Origin: Heterodontus francisci
Lineage: Eukaryota
Reading direction: 5' to 3'
DNA: 64,000 bases
Assembly (NCBI RefSeq): GCF_036365525.1
Contig: NC_090399.1
Coordinates: forward strand, 42,502,430-42,566,429
In this document: positions 50,051-63,287 of the stretch, piece after piece
Position numbering within the stretch: the first letter of the stretch is position 1
Layout: every line of letters starts with the position of its first letter
Made by a program: the position numbers and the translations under genes
The notes under the pieces: model-generated
What the model was told of the DNA's origin: nothing
The model's database searches: none
Seen by the model: the letters and a program-made list of their open reading frames with translations, nothing else

Positions 50051-53049
50051 AACAGATACACATGGTGGGACTGTCACTATCAGTGTTTACACACTCCTTA
50101 ATCTGACACAATTGGGATCTCTCTGAAATGTTCACCATGATTGGGACATTACCAGACTAGGTCAACTCCTTAGTGAAGAGCAGACAGTGTCCGTCCAAAG
50201 ATTGTCAGCAAATTCCCCCTCATGAAGTGAGACTAATATCACTACCTCTCAGGTGGGAATTTCCTCCAGAACCCAAAGATACTCTTGTAAATTTCTCCAT
50301 GAACCAACTTCCCAAAATTACCCACAGTCATTCTATTCCTCAGCCCCAGAGATTGGTCCAACATCACCTTCAATCAAATTCTGCTTCTCCTGAGTCTGGG
50401 CCGTGCACCTGGGTTCACAATTAGAAAAAATAGTTTTCAGGATTCCCTGTAGTCTAAGAAAAGGAATTAAAGGAAGACCAGTAAGGTCAAGTGGGTTTTT
50501 TGATACAGGAGCTGGTAAAGGGATGTTCTGCTGCTGATGGGTGAAACAGACCCAAGGGCTGTGTTGGTGCCATTAGAGGGAATCCTCCTCCCACTCATGA
50601 AGTGCCAGAGACTGGATTCTCCATCAGTCAGATGAAGCTTTCCATGGATATGGAGATGTCATCTTGGTACTTCAGAGGGACTGGGCCTTGTGTCCCCAAT
50701 CTGACCCAGTATTAACAGGAATGGAGATTAAGGGAGCCAGAAGTTACCACTTGTGTCTCCAAAGAGTTATGGGTGATGTAAAAGAGGAGAAAATGATCTG
50801 TATAAATTTCCCCTCTGATCCAGTGTTGGCCAGTGTCTGTACATCGGTCAGCTCTGTACCATCAACCTCTGGAGAGGAAACATCACAATAAACTGAATTG
50901 AAACAAATTGGATGTTAGAAACAAAGAGTGAGATTCACTGTCAGTCCATCGAATGGGGCCAAACCCACTCCAGAAGCAGCAGTGGGAAAGGAAATGTAAG
51001 TGGGAAATGTTGATCCTCCTGCTCAGTCCATGGCCCAGCACATTAGTGCTTCAGTGTCCTGGTTATTCCAGATTAGCACCTTCCTTCCTTCTTTTCCTCC
51101 TTCCTTCCTGCTGGGTCAAATTTCATCCAATTCCGATCTTCCCACTGATCAATACTTCAATGCTATTTATCAGTGTCCAGTTTGGTTTCTAATCCCTTTG
51201 TAACAGGCCTCATATGTGTTAACCTGGTATTGACTGTTACTCCTCTTGATCCGTAGACAATCTGGATTAATTGTAAACAACAAGCATATCAAACACATGT
51301 ATCTGGTATGAACACACCATGATCTGAGGATCTGTATTTTGTTCAGAATCCAGTTCCTCAAAGCTTTACTTTTTCTGTCTTTCCTTCACCGTCTCTTGGG
51401 TCGAGTGACTGACTGTCTTTTACAGCAGAGCTGCCGTTATCTCCCTCCGCAGGGGAATTCCAGCATTTCTCCATCTGTCACAGCACAGCAACAGGTGTGG
51501 GCAGGATGGATGTTGCTGAGTGTGACTGCACATGTCCTACCTCTTTGACGACACTCTCTTGTCCTTTGGACAGTCCTGGAAATGCACTGTCTGGAAATGC
51601 AGGGCATCTGAAGGACAGTCTTGGTCTTCAATGATGAGCTGAACCCAAAGAATTGAAGGACTGAAGAGATCAAAGTGGGAAATTCCTCAGACTGAATGTC
51701 ACACACACACAATATTCCAACTGTAACCAGTAGAAAAGGATAAAGTAGAATGGGAGTGGACAAAGGCTCATCTCTCGAGGTTTCTAATTTACCTGCAGAG
51801 TGAGTGCTGCACCATCCCAGGGGCAGCTCCTGTGAATGGAATGTTTCGTGCTCTTGTGCTGATCTCTGTGAGTGTGCAGAATGTGTCTGATTTCAGGCCA
51901 GTGCTGGGTACAAGAACAACAACTTATATTTATATTGCACCTTCAACCTAATAAAATGTTCCAAGGCGCTTCACAGGAGCATTATAAAACAAAGCATGAT
52001 ACATAGCCACATAAGGAGATATTCGGTCAGATGACCAAAATCTTGGTCAATGAAGTAGGTTTTAAGGAGTGTCTTAAAGGAGGAAAGTGAGGTGGAGAGG
52101 TAGAGAGCTGTTAGAATCAGAGGACCTTAAACAGCAGGAGAGAGGGTTTAGGATGGAAAAGGAGCAACAGATGGCCATGGATGGACGTGCACAGCAAGAA
52201 GCTCTCTTGGGAGCTGACTGCCCAGGAGCCATCTTACACTGGTATGTGAATGAGGTAGATAAAGAGTAAACCTCCCTCTACAGTGTCACAGCAAACACTC
52301 CCATGGCAGGTACAGCCCAAGTTAAATACAGTGTAAAAGCCTCCAAATTGGCTCACCAATCACAGCCAACTCAGTTACAGCTTGTGTTAAACACAATGTA
52401 CAAACTCTCTGACACTAACCAATGACACACACCAGCTCAGGTACAGCATGGTAAGCAGACAGATCAAAAATCCCTCTACATGTCAGTGTCAAGTCCTCCC
52501 AGGTGAGGTATAGACTCACTTTACACACGGTTTAAACTACAGTCAACTTGTTGCATCAAAGTCCGAGATTCATCGTTAGACTGTCACCTCGGCAAAATCC
52601 TGGACTGATGGGAATCTCAGTAAAGTTCCTCACCTTTACAAATCATTGAAGCTGCTGTTTCATCCCATCCTCAATACTGAGGGTCTTGGAGCCACCAGAT
52701 CTGCTCTGTGAACCCAGAGACCTTTCTCCAGTCCCAGTTAGTGTGGTGATGATTCAACTTCTCTCTCCAGCTTCCTGAGATACTGTTCACTCCAAGAATC
52801 TTTAGCATTAAAGTTATTAATATTAATTCTAGAATCTGTAACTTTAATACAGTGAGACTGTGTCTGAATATGATTATATTTAATTTGAATATATTTGTAA
52901 TGAATGGCATTTGTTTGAATTACTTACTTTAATATGAAATTGTTCTTTTCTTTCCATTTCCCTATTGATATGGTCTAAAGTCACTCACAGTGTCAGCTGC
53001 CGACTCCAGCTCCTCCCTCAGTAACTCCACTGATGTGGAACCAGGGCTG

Positions 53050-53100
53050 TAAACCCGCCTCCAACTGACATCACAAAGGAGCCAGGAGCCAATCACACAG
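53050..53100. promoter_or_regulatory. Promoter-like motif cluster (GC box, CRE-like site, CCAAT)
   Basis: CCCGCCTCC, TGACATCA and AGCCAATCA within 50 bp of apparently unique DNA. Confidence 0.35.
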
Positions 53101-53259
53101 CAGCCAGAATTATGTCACAAAGCAGCCCGAGTCTCTCCCACTCAAGGGGAAGGGGGTGGGGTGGTTACAGGGTCAAATGACCAGACTCTGCCGCAGACAA
53201 AGAGACGTTACACCACAGAAGGCAGACCATTGGCTGCCTTCTCCCATCTCCTGATTTTG

Positions 53260-53590
53260 ATAGAATAAATAAGGAGAAACTGTTTCTACTGGTGAAAGCT
53301 CTGGTAACCAGAGGACACAGGTTGAAGGTGATTGGCAAAAGAACCAGAGGTGACATGAGGAAATATTCTTTCACACAGTGAGTTGTTATGATCTGGAATG
53401 CATTGTCCAAAAAAGGTGATGGAAGCAAATTGAATAGCAGCATTCAAAAGAGAATTAGATAAATACTTAGTGGGGAAAAATACAGAGTGATAAGGAAAGA
53501 GCAGAGGAGTGGGATTAATTGGATAGCTCAAGTAAAGGGCTGACACAAGCACAATGGCTACCTCTTGTGCTATGATTCTATATTCCTCCC
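53260..53590 (+). mobile_element. CR1 3' fragment
   Basis: ACCAGAGGACACAGGTTGAAGG..TTCACACAG..; tail CTATGATTCTAT. Confidence 0.8.
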
Positions 53591-53636
53591 TGTTTTCATT
53601 AGTTGCTTATAAGAGATATTCCAGCTCATCACACTG

Positions 53637-53978
53637 TTTTTAGTTTAGAGATACAGCACTGAAACAGGCCCTTCGCCCCACCGCGTCTGTGCCGACCACC
53701 AACCACCCATTGAAACTAATCCTACACAAATTCCATATTCCTACCACATCCCCACCTGTCCCTATATTTCCCTACCACCTACCTATACTAGGGGCAATTG
53801 CTAATGGCCAATTTATCTATCAACCTGCAAGTCTTTGGCATGTGGGAGGAAACCGGAGCACCCGGAGGAAACCCACGCAGACACAGGGAGAACATGCAAA
53901 CTCCACACAGGCAGTACCCAGAATTGAACCCGGGTTGTTGGAGCTGTGAGGCTGCGGTGCTAGCCACTGCGCCACTGT
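53637..53978 (-). mobile_element. HE1-like V-SINE
   Basis: Closely similar to 19352-19702; flanked by CACTGT. Confidence 0.9.
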
Positions 53979-54849
53979 GAGAATATTATAGGGTAATGCA
54001 TGTATGGGACACAATAATTCGGGGGCACGTCAGTATAAAATCATACAGAGGCCAAATTCAATGCATAACATTCAATAGGTATCAGAGCATCACATTTCAG
54101 ATTGAGATGCACCAACAGCTGAGGAGAGGATTTAAACATCCTCTGCAGTGATTATCACCCTGTTATTAAATACAGAGCGGAAGGGAAAGAGCAAGTGAGT
54201 GGGATTAATTGGATAGCTCAACTAAAGGGCTGACACAGGTACGATGGGCTGAATGGCCTCCTCCTATTCTGTGTGTTTATATGATCCTCTATTTTTTCAT
54301 TCATTGCTGAGAAGAGATATCCCAGCACATCACACTGTGGGAATGTTGTAGAGCCATGCATGTATGGGACACAATCATCCTGGGTCACATCAGTATCAAA
54401 TCATACAAGGGCCACAATCATTAGGTGCAATTTCAAAACATATCATTCAATAGGTATCAGAGTATCACATTTCAGATTGAAATGCACCAACAGCCGAGGA
54501 GAGGATTTAAACATCCTCTGCAGTGATTATCACCCTGTTATTACAGTCCTGCAGACTGTTAACTGGGAAGACAGACACTTCACCACTTTGTAACTGCAGC
54601 TTGTTGGCACCAATGTCAGCAACCTCATTCCCTAATCCAAGAGACTCCATGACCAGTGAGCTCCGCTGGATACAGACGGTGTCATTGAGCGGCAGAATCA
54701 AATCCTCATTTAACATCACAATATCATTTTAGTTTGTCAGGAAGGGTACTTGTAGAATGTATTACTTCAGTGCTGGAGAGATTGGGATGATTGGCCCCTT
54801 CAACAGGCTTCCAGTCAAAGGTACTGACAGGGTTAATGGGGAAGTTGCT

Positions 54850-55560
54850 ACATTGGTGTACTTGTCCATAGATCACTGAAGGCAGCAGTGCAGGTAGATA
54901 GGGTGGTTAGGAAGGTATATGGGATACTTGCCTTTATTAGCTGAGGCATAGAATATAAGAGCAGGGAGGTTATGATGGAGCTGTATAAAATGCTAGTTAA
55001 GCCACAGCTGTAGTACTGTGTACAGCTCTGGGTACCACACTAAAGGAAGGATATGATTGCTCTGGAGAGGGTGCAGAGGAGATTCACCAGGATGTTGCCT
55101 GGGCTGGAGCATTTCAGCTATGAAGAGAGACTGAAAAGTCTTGGGTTGTTTTCCTTAGAGCAGAGAAGGCTAAGGGGAGACATGATTGAGGTTTACAAAA
55201 TTATGAGGGGCATTGATAGGTTAGATAGGAAGAGACTTTTTCCCTTCGTGGAGGGGTCAATAACCAGGGGGCATAGATTTAAGGTAAGGGGAAGCAGGTT
55301 TTGAGGGGAACTGAGGAAAGTTTTTTTTTTTTACCCAGACGATGGTTGGAATCTGGAACGCACTGCCTGAAGGGGTGGTGGAGGCAGGAACCCTAACAAC
55401 ATTTAAGAGGTATTTAGATGAGCACGTGAAACGTCATAGCATACAGGGCTACGGGCCAAGTGCTGGAAAATGGGATCAGAATAGTTAGGTGTTTGATGGC
55501 CAGCACAGACACGATGGGCCAAAGGACCTGTTCTGTGCTGTATAACTCAATGACACGATG
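54850..55560 (+). mobile_element. CR1 3' fragment
   Basis: ALERVQRRFTRMLPGL..LRGDMIEVYKIMRG. Confidence 0.9.
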
Positions 55561-56689
55561 ACTCCATCTGTCAATCATTATTGGAGTTGAGTTCCGAGAT
55601 CCACTTTACCAGGCAACCCAACTTTGCAGCATTGGGGAATGAATTAAACTCAATTAGATGGAAAGTGATCCAATAAAACACATTCAGGTGGAAGGAATGT
55701 ATCTGATTCATTCCTCTGCTGTGAGTTCACAGTTTGTTAGAAGGAGGGGAAGAGTTGTTGGGTTAATATTAGTAACTGTCTAATTTCAGGATTGATTGTT
55801 TCATGGCTAGAATGCAGAGAATGGGAGTTATGGAGAAGCTCTCATCTGTTCCCTTTGCCTTGGGTTATTTGTTGATCCTGTCCTAGTGGACTGTGAGTGT
55901 AATTTCTGCCGCTCCTGTATTGTGTCCTACAGACAGGTGCAGGGAGGGTCTGTCTGTTGCCCCCAGTGTGGTGAAGATGCTGCAGAGCAGACCCTGCAGC
56001 CCAACTGTGTATTGAGGAATGTGATGGACAAGATTTTCAGGCTGACTGGTTTGCTGGAGGTGAATGAGGAGGAGAGGCGTCTGTGCCAGGAACACCAAGA
56101 GAAATTGTCCCTGATCTGTGAGACGGATGAGATGTTCATCTGCCTGGTGTGCAGGGACTTGAAACTTCACAAGCAGCACAAATTTATAGAGAATTGAATT
56201 CATCACAACATGCAAGGTATGGGATCCCTTCTCAACGGTGAGAATGGTGATGGGGGAATGGTGGAAATGTACTACTCAGTCAGTACATGAAGGTGGACTG
56301 GGGTCTCCTGTATACTTTATCATGGGGTAATTCTGTCTTCTCTTCTACTTAGTAACTTCACAGAACTAGTCTTGTATCCAAGTATCACAGTTCAATACAC
56401 TTCCTTCCTGTCTCCCCTGCAGAATAAAGGAGTTGCTTTCTTAAACTCACTAAACCAGAAAGTGGTCTCTTTGAAAGATGCGCTGCAGAAACAAGGACTT
56501 GAGATTGCACACACTAAAGTAAGTTGGTCTGATCTACCTGTGTCCAGAAAGGTTTACAATCTGCAGTCACTGTGTGTGTGTTGTGGCTGTTACACAGGCT
56601 AATATCTGCATGACAATGACTACACCTGTTGTTTTGGTAAGTCCCAAGATTGTAAAAGGTGTATTATCAATGCCAGATTTCTTTCAATG

Positions 56690-57020
56690 TGGCAGCCATT
56701 TTACATGTGCTAGCGAAATAAATAAATTACTAATTAAATAGTTTCTGAGGCTGTTTTGAAGGAGGGGTATCAGTTGGGGCATTGGGAGGAATCTCTGCTC
56801 TTTTTAATATTGCCAAGGGATCTTTCACATCCAGACAGGGCCTTGAGTTAACATCTTATCCAAAAGGCAGCACCTACACCAGTGCAGCGCTCCCTCAGTG
56901 TTGCCCATCTGAGAGTGCAGTGCTTCAGCAGGTCTCGGCCTAGATCATGTGCTGAAGTCTAAGTCATGGGTTCAAGATCCACTCTATTCATAGAGGCTAC
57001 CAAATTGGCCAAGGCTCCAG
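56690..57020. mobile_element. DeuSINE-like relic in a TRIM intron
   Basis: GGGATCTTT..CATCC..GGGCC..GTTAACATCT..CAGTGCAGCGCTCCCTCAGT pattern. Confidence 0.55.
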
Positions 57021-58364
57021 GCTGTGGATTTCACTTTTTTTAGTTTGGAGAATGTGTAGGAATTAATTTTTTTGGTCTGGAAATCAGTGTCAATCATGTT
57101 GAATTCTGAAGTTTGTTCCTTTCCTTAAGGAAATGGGGTTTAATCTGATCTACCATGTTACACAGCAGTTTGCTGACCACCAGTTCCTCAATGACCAAGA
57201 GCAACATGATGGAAAGGCTGGAAGCTCAGGTGGAAAGTAACTTGACAAATGGAAAGAAACCTGACAGAAATGCACACGATACTCTTCTCCCCTGAGCTGG
57301 ATATCACTAACATTTGAGGCCAAACTGAATCAAAGTGATCTCTCTGCAGGTCCACACTGTGCTCTTTTCTTCTCCCTCCTCACTTCTGTTTGATTAAATT
57401 GAAAGGTATCTGCCCCCTCCCAGTGGCTCATTGTTATGGCGATGGTGGACATCTGTAACTTAGCTTCCAAGTTGCTCGACAACAAAGGGAAACCTAAGCC
57501 AGGGTTTCTGTTGCTGACGTCCATTCGTTTTACTTAGTTTATGCTATTGCACCTCACTTTTTCTTACCAAATGCATTGTTTTACATTTGTGTTCAATTTC
57601 ATCAAATATGTGTCTGCCCGTTTTACCAGTTCATGTCCTGTCACTATCCTCCTCACTTGTGTTTACTACATTTGAACTTTGAAACAATGCCCTGTCGAAC
57701 CAACTCCAAATCATTGTGAAAAAGAGCGGGTTCCTAATACTGACCCCTGGGGGACACCACTGTATAGCCTCCCTCCAGACTGAAAAACAACCATTCACCA
57801 TTACTCTCTGCTTTCTGTCTCTTAGCCAATGTTGTATTCATGCATCCACTGTCCCTATTAATCCAAGTCAATTATCTGGTACTTTATCAAAATATTCTAA
57901 ACCTGCATCTTTCTGGGTTTTTTTTACTTTTTATTACACAATAGCAGAGTAAATCCATCTGGCTGATGGGTGACTGACCCCAGCTCCAGAATCTACAGTT
58001 GTTCACATTGGGCTGATCTCTCTGATTTGCCTGATCTGTCTGTGCAATGGTTCCTGGCTTTTCCCTCCACCTCTCTGTCTAGAAATCCATTCCACGTGTC
58101 CTCTTTGAGTGAAGAACTTCCTGACCATCGGATATTTAACTTCACCCGGTTTAGCCTGTCACTTTGTCATAATTTACCTTTCATTCATCCTGATCCGTCT
58201 CTAAATGCCACCCATTGTATCATGAACTTCCCTGCTCTCACCGGCACCCTGCTTAGGCGCCTCAACAGTCACCAGTGTTTCCTTCTTCCGTCTTGCCTTT
58301 ACTGATTTATATATTTGAAGGGTCAAAGGGCTTTAAAAAGAATTCTGACCAAATCCTTTACTAT

Positions 58365-58640
58365 CTAGAAGGACAGGGGCAGCAGACACATGGGAACACC
58401 ACCAATTGCAAGTTTCCCTCCAAGCCACACACCATCCTGACTTAGAACTAAATCGCCGTTCCTTCACTGTCACTGGGTCAAAATCATGAACTCCCTCCCT
58501 AACAGTACTGTGGGTCTACAAACATCACATCGACTATAGTGCTTCAAGAAAGCAGTTCACCACAATCTTCTCGAGGGCAATTAGGGATCGGCAATAAATG
58601 CTGGCCTTGGCAGTGATGTCCACATCCCATTAAAGAATCA
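58365..58640 (+). mobile_element. LINE 3' tail (same family as 47150-47410)
   Basis: CTAGAAGGACAGGGGCAGCAG..GGGCAATTAGGGAT..CACATCCC. Confidence 0.8.
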
Positions 58641-59059
58641 GATTCTGGCTTTTTGATTCATTCTCATGTCTGTATTAATCTTAGATTATTAAATAACCGT
58701 GTTCAAAGAGAACTTAATCTAAAGTGGGATAATATGAGACCAAATCGATGAAGCTTCAGTGAAGTGATGAAATCTGTTGGGAATGTGTGCCCTGGGTACA
58801 TTGAGTGTGGAATCAATGAGAATGTACTGTCCCAAGTTGGTTTTCACCTCGCCCAGTTTAATTCACTTCAGCGTGCTTTTGTGTTCCATGAAGCTGCAAC
58901 AACAAACTAACATTGTTTCTGTTTTCTCTTCAAGGAGGTTAGTTCTTGGAGGGACAGGTATGTATTGTCAATAATGAACTATTGCTGATGTAGCAGCTCC
59001 ACATCCCACTGTGTTCTCTAGTCTGAATCCTGTAGTGTTAATTCACTTCATACAAAACT

Positions 59060-59600
59060 GGCTTTTATTGCAGGGGCTTGGAGTACAAGAGGAAGGAAGT
59101 CTTGCTGCAATTGTACAGGGCTTTGGTGAGACCACACCTAGAGTGATGTGTGCGGTTTTAGTCGCTGTGTACCAAAGGAGCTTTTTGCCTTAAACAAGGT
59201 GCAACAAAAGTTCATGGATTTAATTTCTAGCATGAGAGGGTTGTCTTATGAGGAGAGACTGAGTAAATTGGGCCCATACTGACTGGAGTTTAAAAAAATG
59301 CCAACTGATCTCAGAATCTTCTTTTTCAATGATGGGGTATGACAGGCTGGGTGCAGAGGGGCAGCCATGTAGGAGTAAGATGAAGAGCAATTTCTTCACT
59401 CGGTGTTGTTTCTCTACCCCTGAGGGCTGTGGATACTCAGTCACTGAGTATATTCAAGGCTGAGATTGATTAGATTTTGGGACTCTAAGGGATCGAGGAT
59501 ATGGGGATGAGAAAAAGTGGAGTTGAGGGTCAGCTGTGGTCTTATTGAATGGCGGTGCAGGCTCAAGGGGGTGTATAGCCTACTCCTGCTCCTAGTTCTT
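59060..59600 (+). mobile_element. CR1 3' fragment
   Basis: GGTGAGACCACACCTAGAGT..; tail CCTACTCCTGCTCCTAGTTCTT. Confidence 0.8.
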
Positions 59601-60313
59601 GAAGTTCTTCTGTCCTGGTGTTCTCCAACAGGTATTAATGTTAGCAGTTTTTCTGAAGAGACGCCCACTGCTATGTCTGGGAATGTGTGCCTGGGGACAT
59701 ACAAAGTGCACACTTAGGAGAGAAATAAAGGAAATTATCCATCCAGGTAAATGAATGAATAACATTGCTTCCACCAGTAATCCTGTATCCAGATCAACAG
59801 GGGTGATCTGAATCCCAGCCTGTGTTCAGTTGTAGATTATTCTTTCCCAAGTTGTGTCTGTAGAATTCACTTGCAGGGTTAGTGGTTTGACACAGAAGCT
59901 GTCGACATTCGAGGTTAGGTTGGTGAGGTGGATGAAGGGATGTGTGATTAGGACTATTCCCTCATGGAGGGTGGACGGTGGGGTGGGGGGGCAAATACTA
60001 ATATGAACTGGCTGAGCTGACTGTAACTTGTATGTGGGAGGGTGGCAGGAATTTTATTTAAACCCTTTACACTTTATAGCATTTAAATACAGTCCCCACT
60101 GCTTACAGTTTGTGCTAATGCATTTTTCCCACTATAGGTAGTAGATGGCTTGTCCCAAAGTTGTGACTCTAAATCTAAAAATGGGCACACTTTTCTTCAA
60201 GGGAACCTGTAAAGTGATTTATGCCTTTAACCCCTTATAGAGACTAAACCAAATCAGGAGTACATCTCTATGAATCTCCTTTAAGTTCAAATCAGACAAA
60301 TTCTCAGACACAT

Positions 60314-61597
60314 GGGGAGGCGGTGGCGTAATGGTATTGTCACTGGACTAGTTACCCAGAGACCCAGGGTATTGCTCTGGGGACATGGGTTCGAATCCCA
60401 CCACAGCAGAAGGTAGAATTTGAATTCAATTAATAAATCTGGAATTAAAAAGCTAGTCTAATGATGGCCATGAAATCATTGTCGATTTGTTGTAAAAACC
60501 CATCTGGTTCACTAATGTCCTTCAGGGAAGGAAATCTGCTGTCCTTACCTGGTCTGGCCGACATGTGACTCCAGACTCACAGCAATGTGGTTGACTCTTA
60601 CATGCCCTCTGAAATGGCCTAGCAAGCCACTCAGTTGTATCTAACTGCTACGAAGTCAATAAAAAGGAATGAAACCGGACGGACCACCCGGCATCGACCT
60701 AGACACCAGAAACGACAACGGCAAACCCAGCCCTGTCGACACTGCAAAGTCCTCCTTACTAACATTGGGGACTTGTCCCAAAGTTGGGAGAGCTGTCCCA
60801 CAGACTAGTCAAGCAACAGACTGATGGTCATACTCACGGAATCATACCTGACAGACAATGTCCCAGACACTGCCATCACCATTCCCGGGTATGTCCTGTC
60901 CCACCGGCAGTGCAGAGGTGACGGCACAGTGGTATACAGTAGGGAGGGAGTTGCCCTGGAAGTGCACAACATCGACTTTGCATCCCATGAAGTCTAATGG
61001 CATCAGGTCAAACATGGGCAAGGAAACCTCCTGCTGATTACCACTTACCGCCCTCCCTCAGCTAATGAGTCAGTACTCCTCCATGTTGAACAACACTTGG
61101 AGGAAGCACTGAGGGTGGCAAGGCACAGAATGTACTCTGGGTGGGGGACTTCAATGTCCATCCCAAGAGTGGCTCGGTAGCACCACTGCTGACTGAGCTG
61201 GTCAAGTCCTAAAGGACATATCCACCACCGACGCACAGTGGCAGCAGTGCGTACCATCTACAAGATGCACTGCAGCAACGCACCAAGGCTCCTTAGACAG
61301 CACCTTCCAAACACCCAACCTCTACCAACTAGAAGGACAAGGGCAGCAAATGTATGGGAGCACCACCAACTGCAAGTTCCCCTCCAAGTCGCACACCATC
61401 CTGACTAGGAACTATATCGCCGTTCCTTCACTGTCACTGGGTCAAAATCCTGGAATTCCCTTCCTAACAGCACTGGGGTGTACCTACCCCCACATAGACT
61501 GCTGCAGTTCAATAAGGCAGCTCACCACCACCTTCTCAAGGCAATAAATGCTGGCCTAGCCAGCGACGCCCACATCCCATGCATAAATTAAAAAAAC
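60314..61597 (+). mobile_element. Internally deleted LINE with a tRNA-like 5' head
   Basis: GGTGGCGTAATGG (A box) and GGTTCGAATCCC (B box), then APE-like LLTN.GLVPKLGELSHRL..ILTESYL..VGDFNVH. Jumps at ~61220 to the 3' tail and poly-A. Confidence 0.8.
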
Positions 61598-63287
61598 TTA
61601 TTTGGATCCAAAGAATTGTACTTTCTTTCCCTCAAAGAAAGATACTAAAAGAGAATATTACCATTTGTCGGGTGGCCTATTTAAAAAAATTATTGTGGCT
61701 GTCAAGTATCCCAGATATTATAAGGGTCTGGGAAGTCTGTTCAATATGCATCTCTCCACTTAGAGACACGGAGAGGGGGCTCCTTGTAGTTGTATACAGG
61801 ATGCAACATGAGACAATTTATTAACTTTTTTTTATAGATTTATTAAAGAATTTAACATGCAACCACTTCTAAGTGGATAAATATAACACTATCAAATATT
61901 ACTAAAAGATGTAACTCCTAATCTTATTTCTAACCTATAACCAAAAGTTTAACCTTGCTAATGTTACAGCAAAATATTTTAGAATATCCATAAATTTAAA
62001 GTGAACTTTTTTACCTTAAATTCCCCGTAGTTGAGAAGCATTGTTGAGGATTCAACATTTCTAATCTTTGCTTCATAACCTCCTTAGGTTTATACTGTTT
62101 CTGAAGTGTCATCTGACTTTTAACATATAGGTGTTATCTTCCTGTGTGTTTTTCTTTTGCTTTTTAAAATCCATACCTTGAACTACTATCTCCACTTAAT
62201 GGTTTACTGGAACTCTCCTGCTCTTGAGGATGTGAGCATTTATCTGGTCAAAATGTTGATAATTGTGTTTATTTGACTATTTTAATTGCCTTTTTTATGG
62301 TAGGTTGGACTTCCCTTGTTGGTCAATCTGTCGACATTTACTAACACCATCAATTATTTTAAATTTATGGTATCTCTTACTGATATCACATGGGATATTT
62401 CAATGTGTGTGTTTATCCTCCAAGACCCGAGCTACAGAAACACTGAAATGGATTTTCCAACTTAAGTTTGTAGCAGGGACCTTGAAATTTCTAAGTCTGC
62501 CTTCTTAAAGGGGAATGCCAATGAGTCTTGAAAACCTGACCAGCCACTCAATCTTTAATTCTAAAAGGTATAATGCATTAACTATTTCTAAATTTTACCT
62601 AATGAAGCCTGATACCTATATTCCATCATACCTGTGTGTACTTCACATAGAAAAGGCACACTCTGAATCTTTGACACCTGTTTGTAACTTTATCACAAAA
62701 ATGTCCTGTTCAAGGACAGCAGAGTATTCAACTCCACAGAAGCTTGGCAGGGGGAGCAGATGACAAAACAAATTGCAAAGGTTAAAAATAGTCTATTGAT
62801 TACAACAAAACAAGCTGAACTGATTGGTTGGGCTGGTGTAGTGTAATTTACTTAGACACTCACTGTCAGCAGGTGCAACCTCCACACTGAACATCCTGTT
62901 TCTGCACTGAAAGAGCTGGTGTGTGGAACACATTAATCAGTGACTTTGTAATTGACGATGGCAGCAATGGAAATTGATCAGTGCTCTTTGCCCAGTTGAA
63001 GTGGTGCGGACTGTGTGTCTTTTACTGAGGCCGGTGGGGCTGCTGTTCTTCTACTCGGCCAGTTTGTGGGGAACTGGGTCACAGCAGTTGGGTGGAAATG
63101 CTTGGTGATTTCTGACCCCTCCCCATGCTCAGATTTCTGAGCAACTCTTTTTTTTTATTGATCAGAAATGAAATCTGTTTTACAATGTGAAGTGATCTTT
63201 TATAATGTCCTTAACATTTTTCACATTGGACAGTGTCCTCTCTCTGAAGGGAGGAAAATGGTGTAATATTTGACCTGTAGTCCATCC

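Larger units (their letters stand above)
55803..59746 (+). pseudogene. TRIM (RING - B-box - coiled coil) multi-exon pseudogene, TRIM39/TRIM69/A33-like
   Basis: Exon 55803-56216: ICSLCLGLFVDPVLVDCECNFCRSC..CPQC; B-box CQEHQEKL..CETD..CLVC..HKQH. The ATG is out of frame and there is a frameshift before the GT donor. A 96-bp AG..GT exon at 56423-56518. A coiled-coil exon at 57130-57349. An exon at 59632-59746 (CLGTYK..REIKEIIHP|GT). Confidence 0.85.

Noticed and set aside
49171-50126. Hydrophobic membrane-protein-like ORFs
   Set aside because: They are a by-product of the T/C-rich low-complexity tract.
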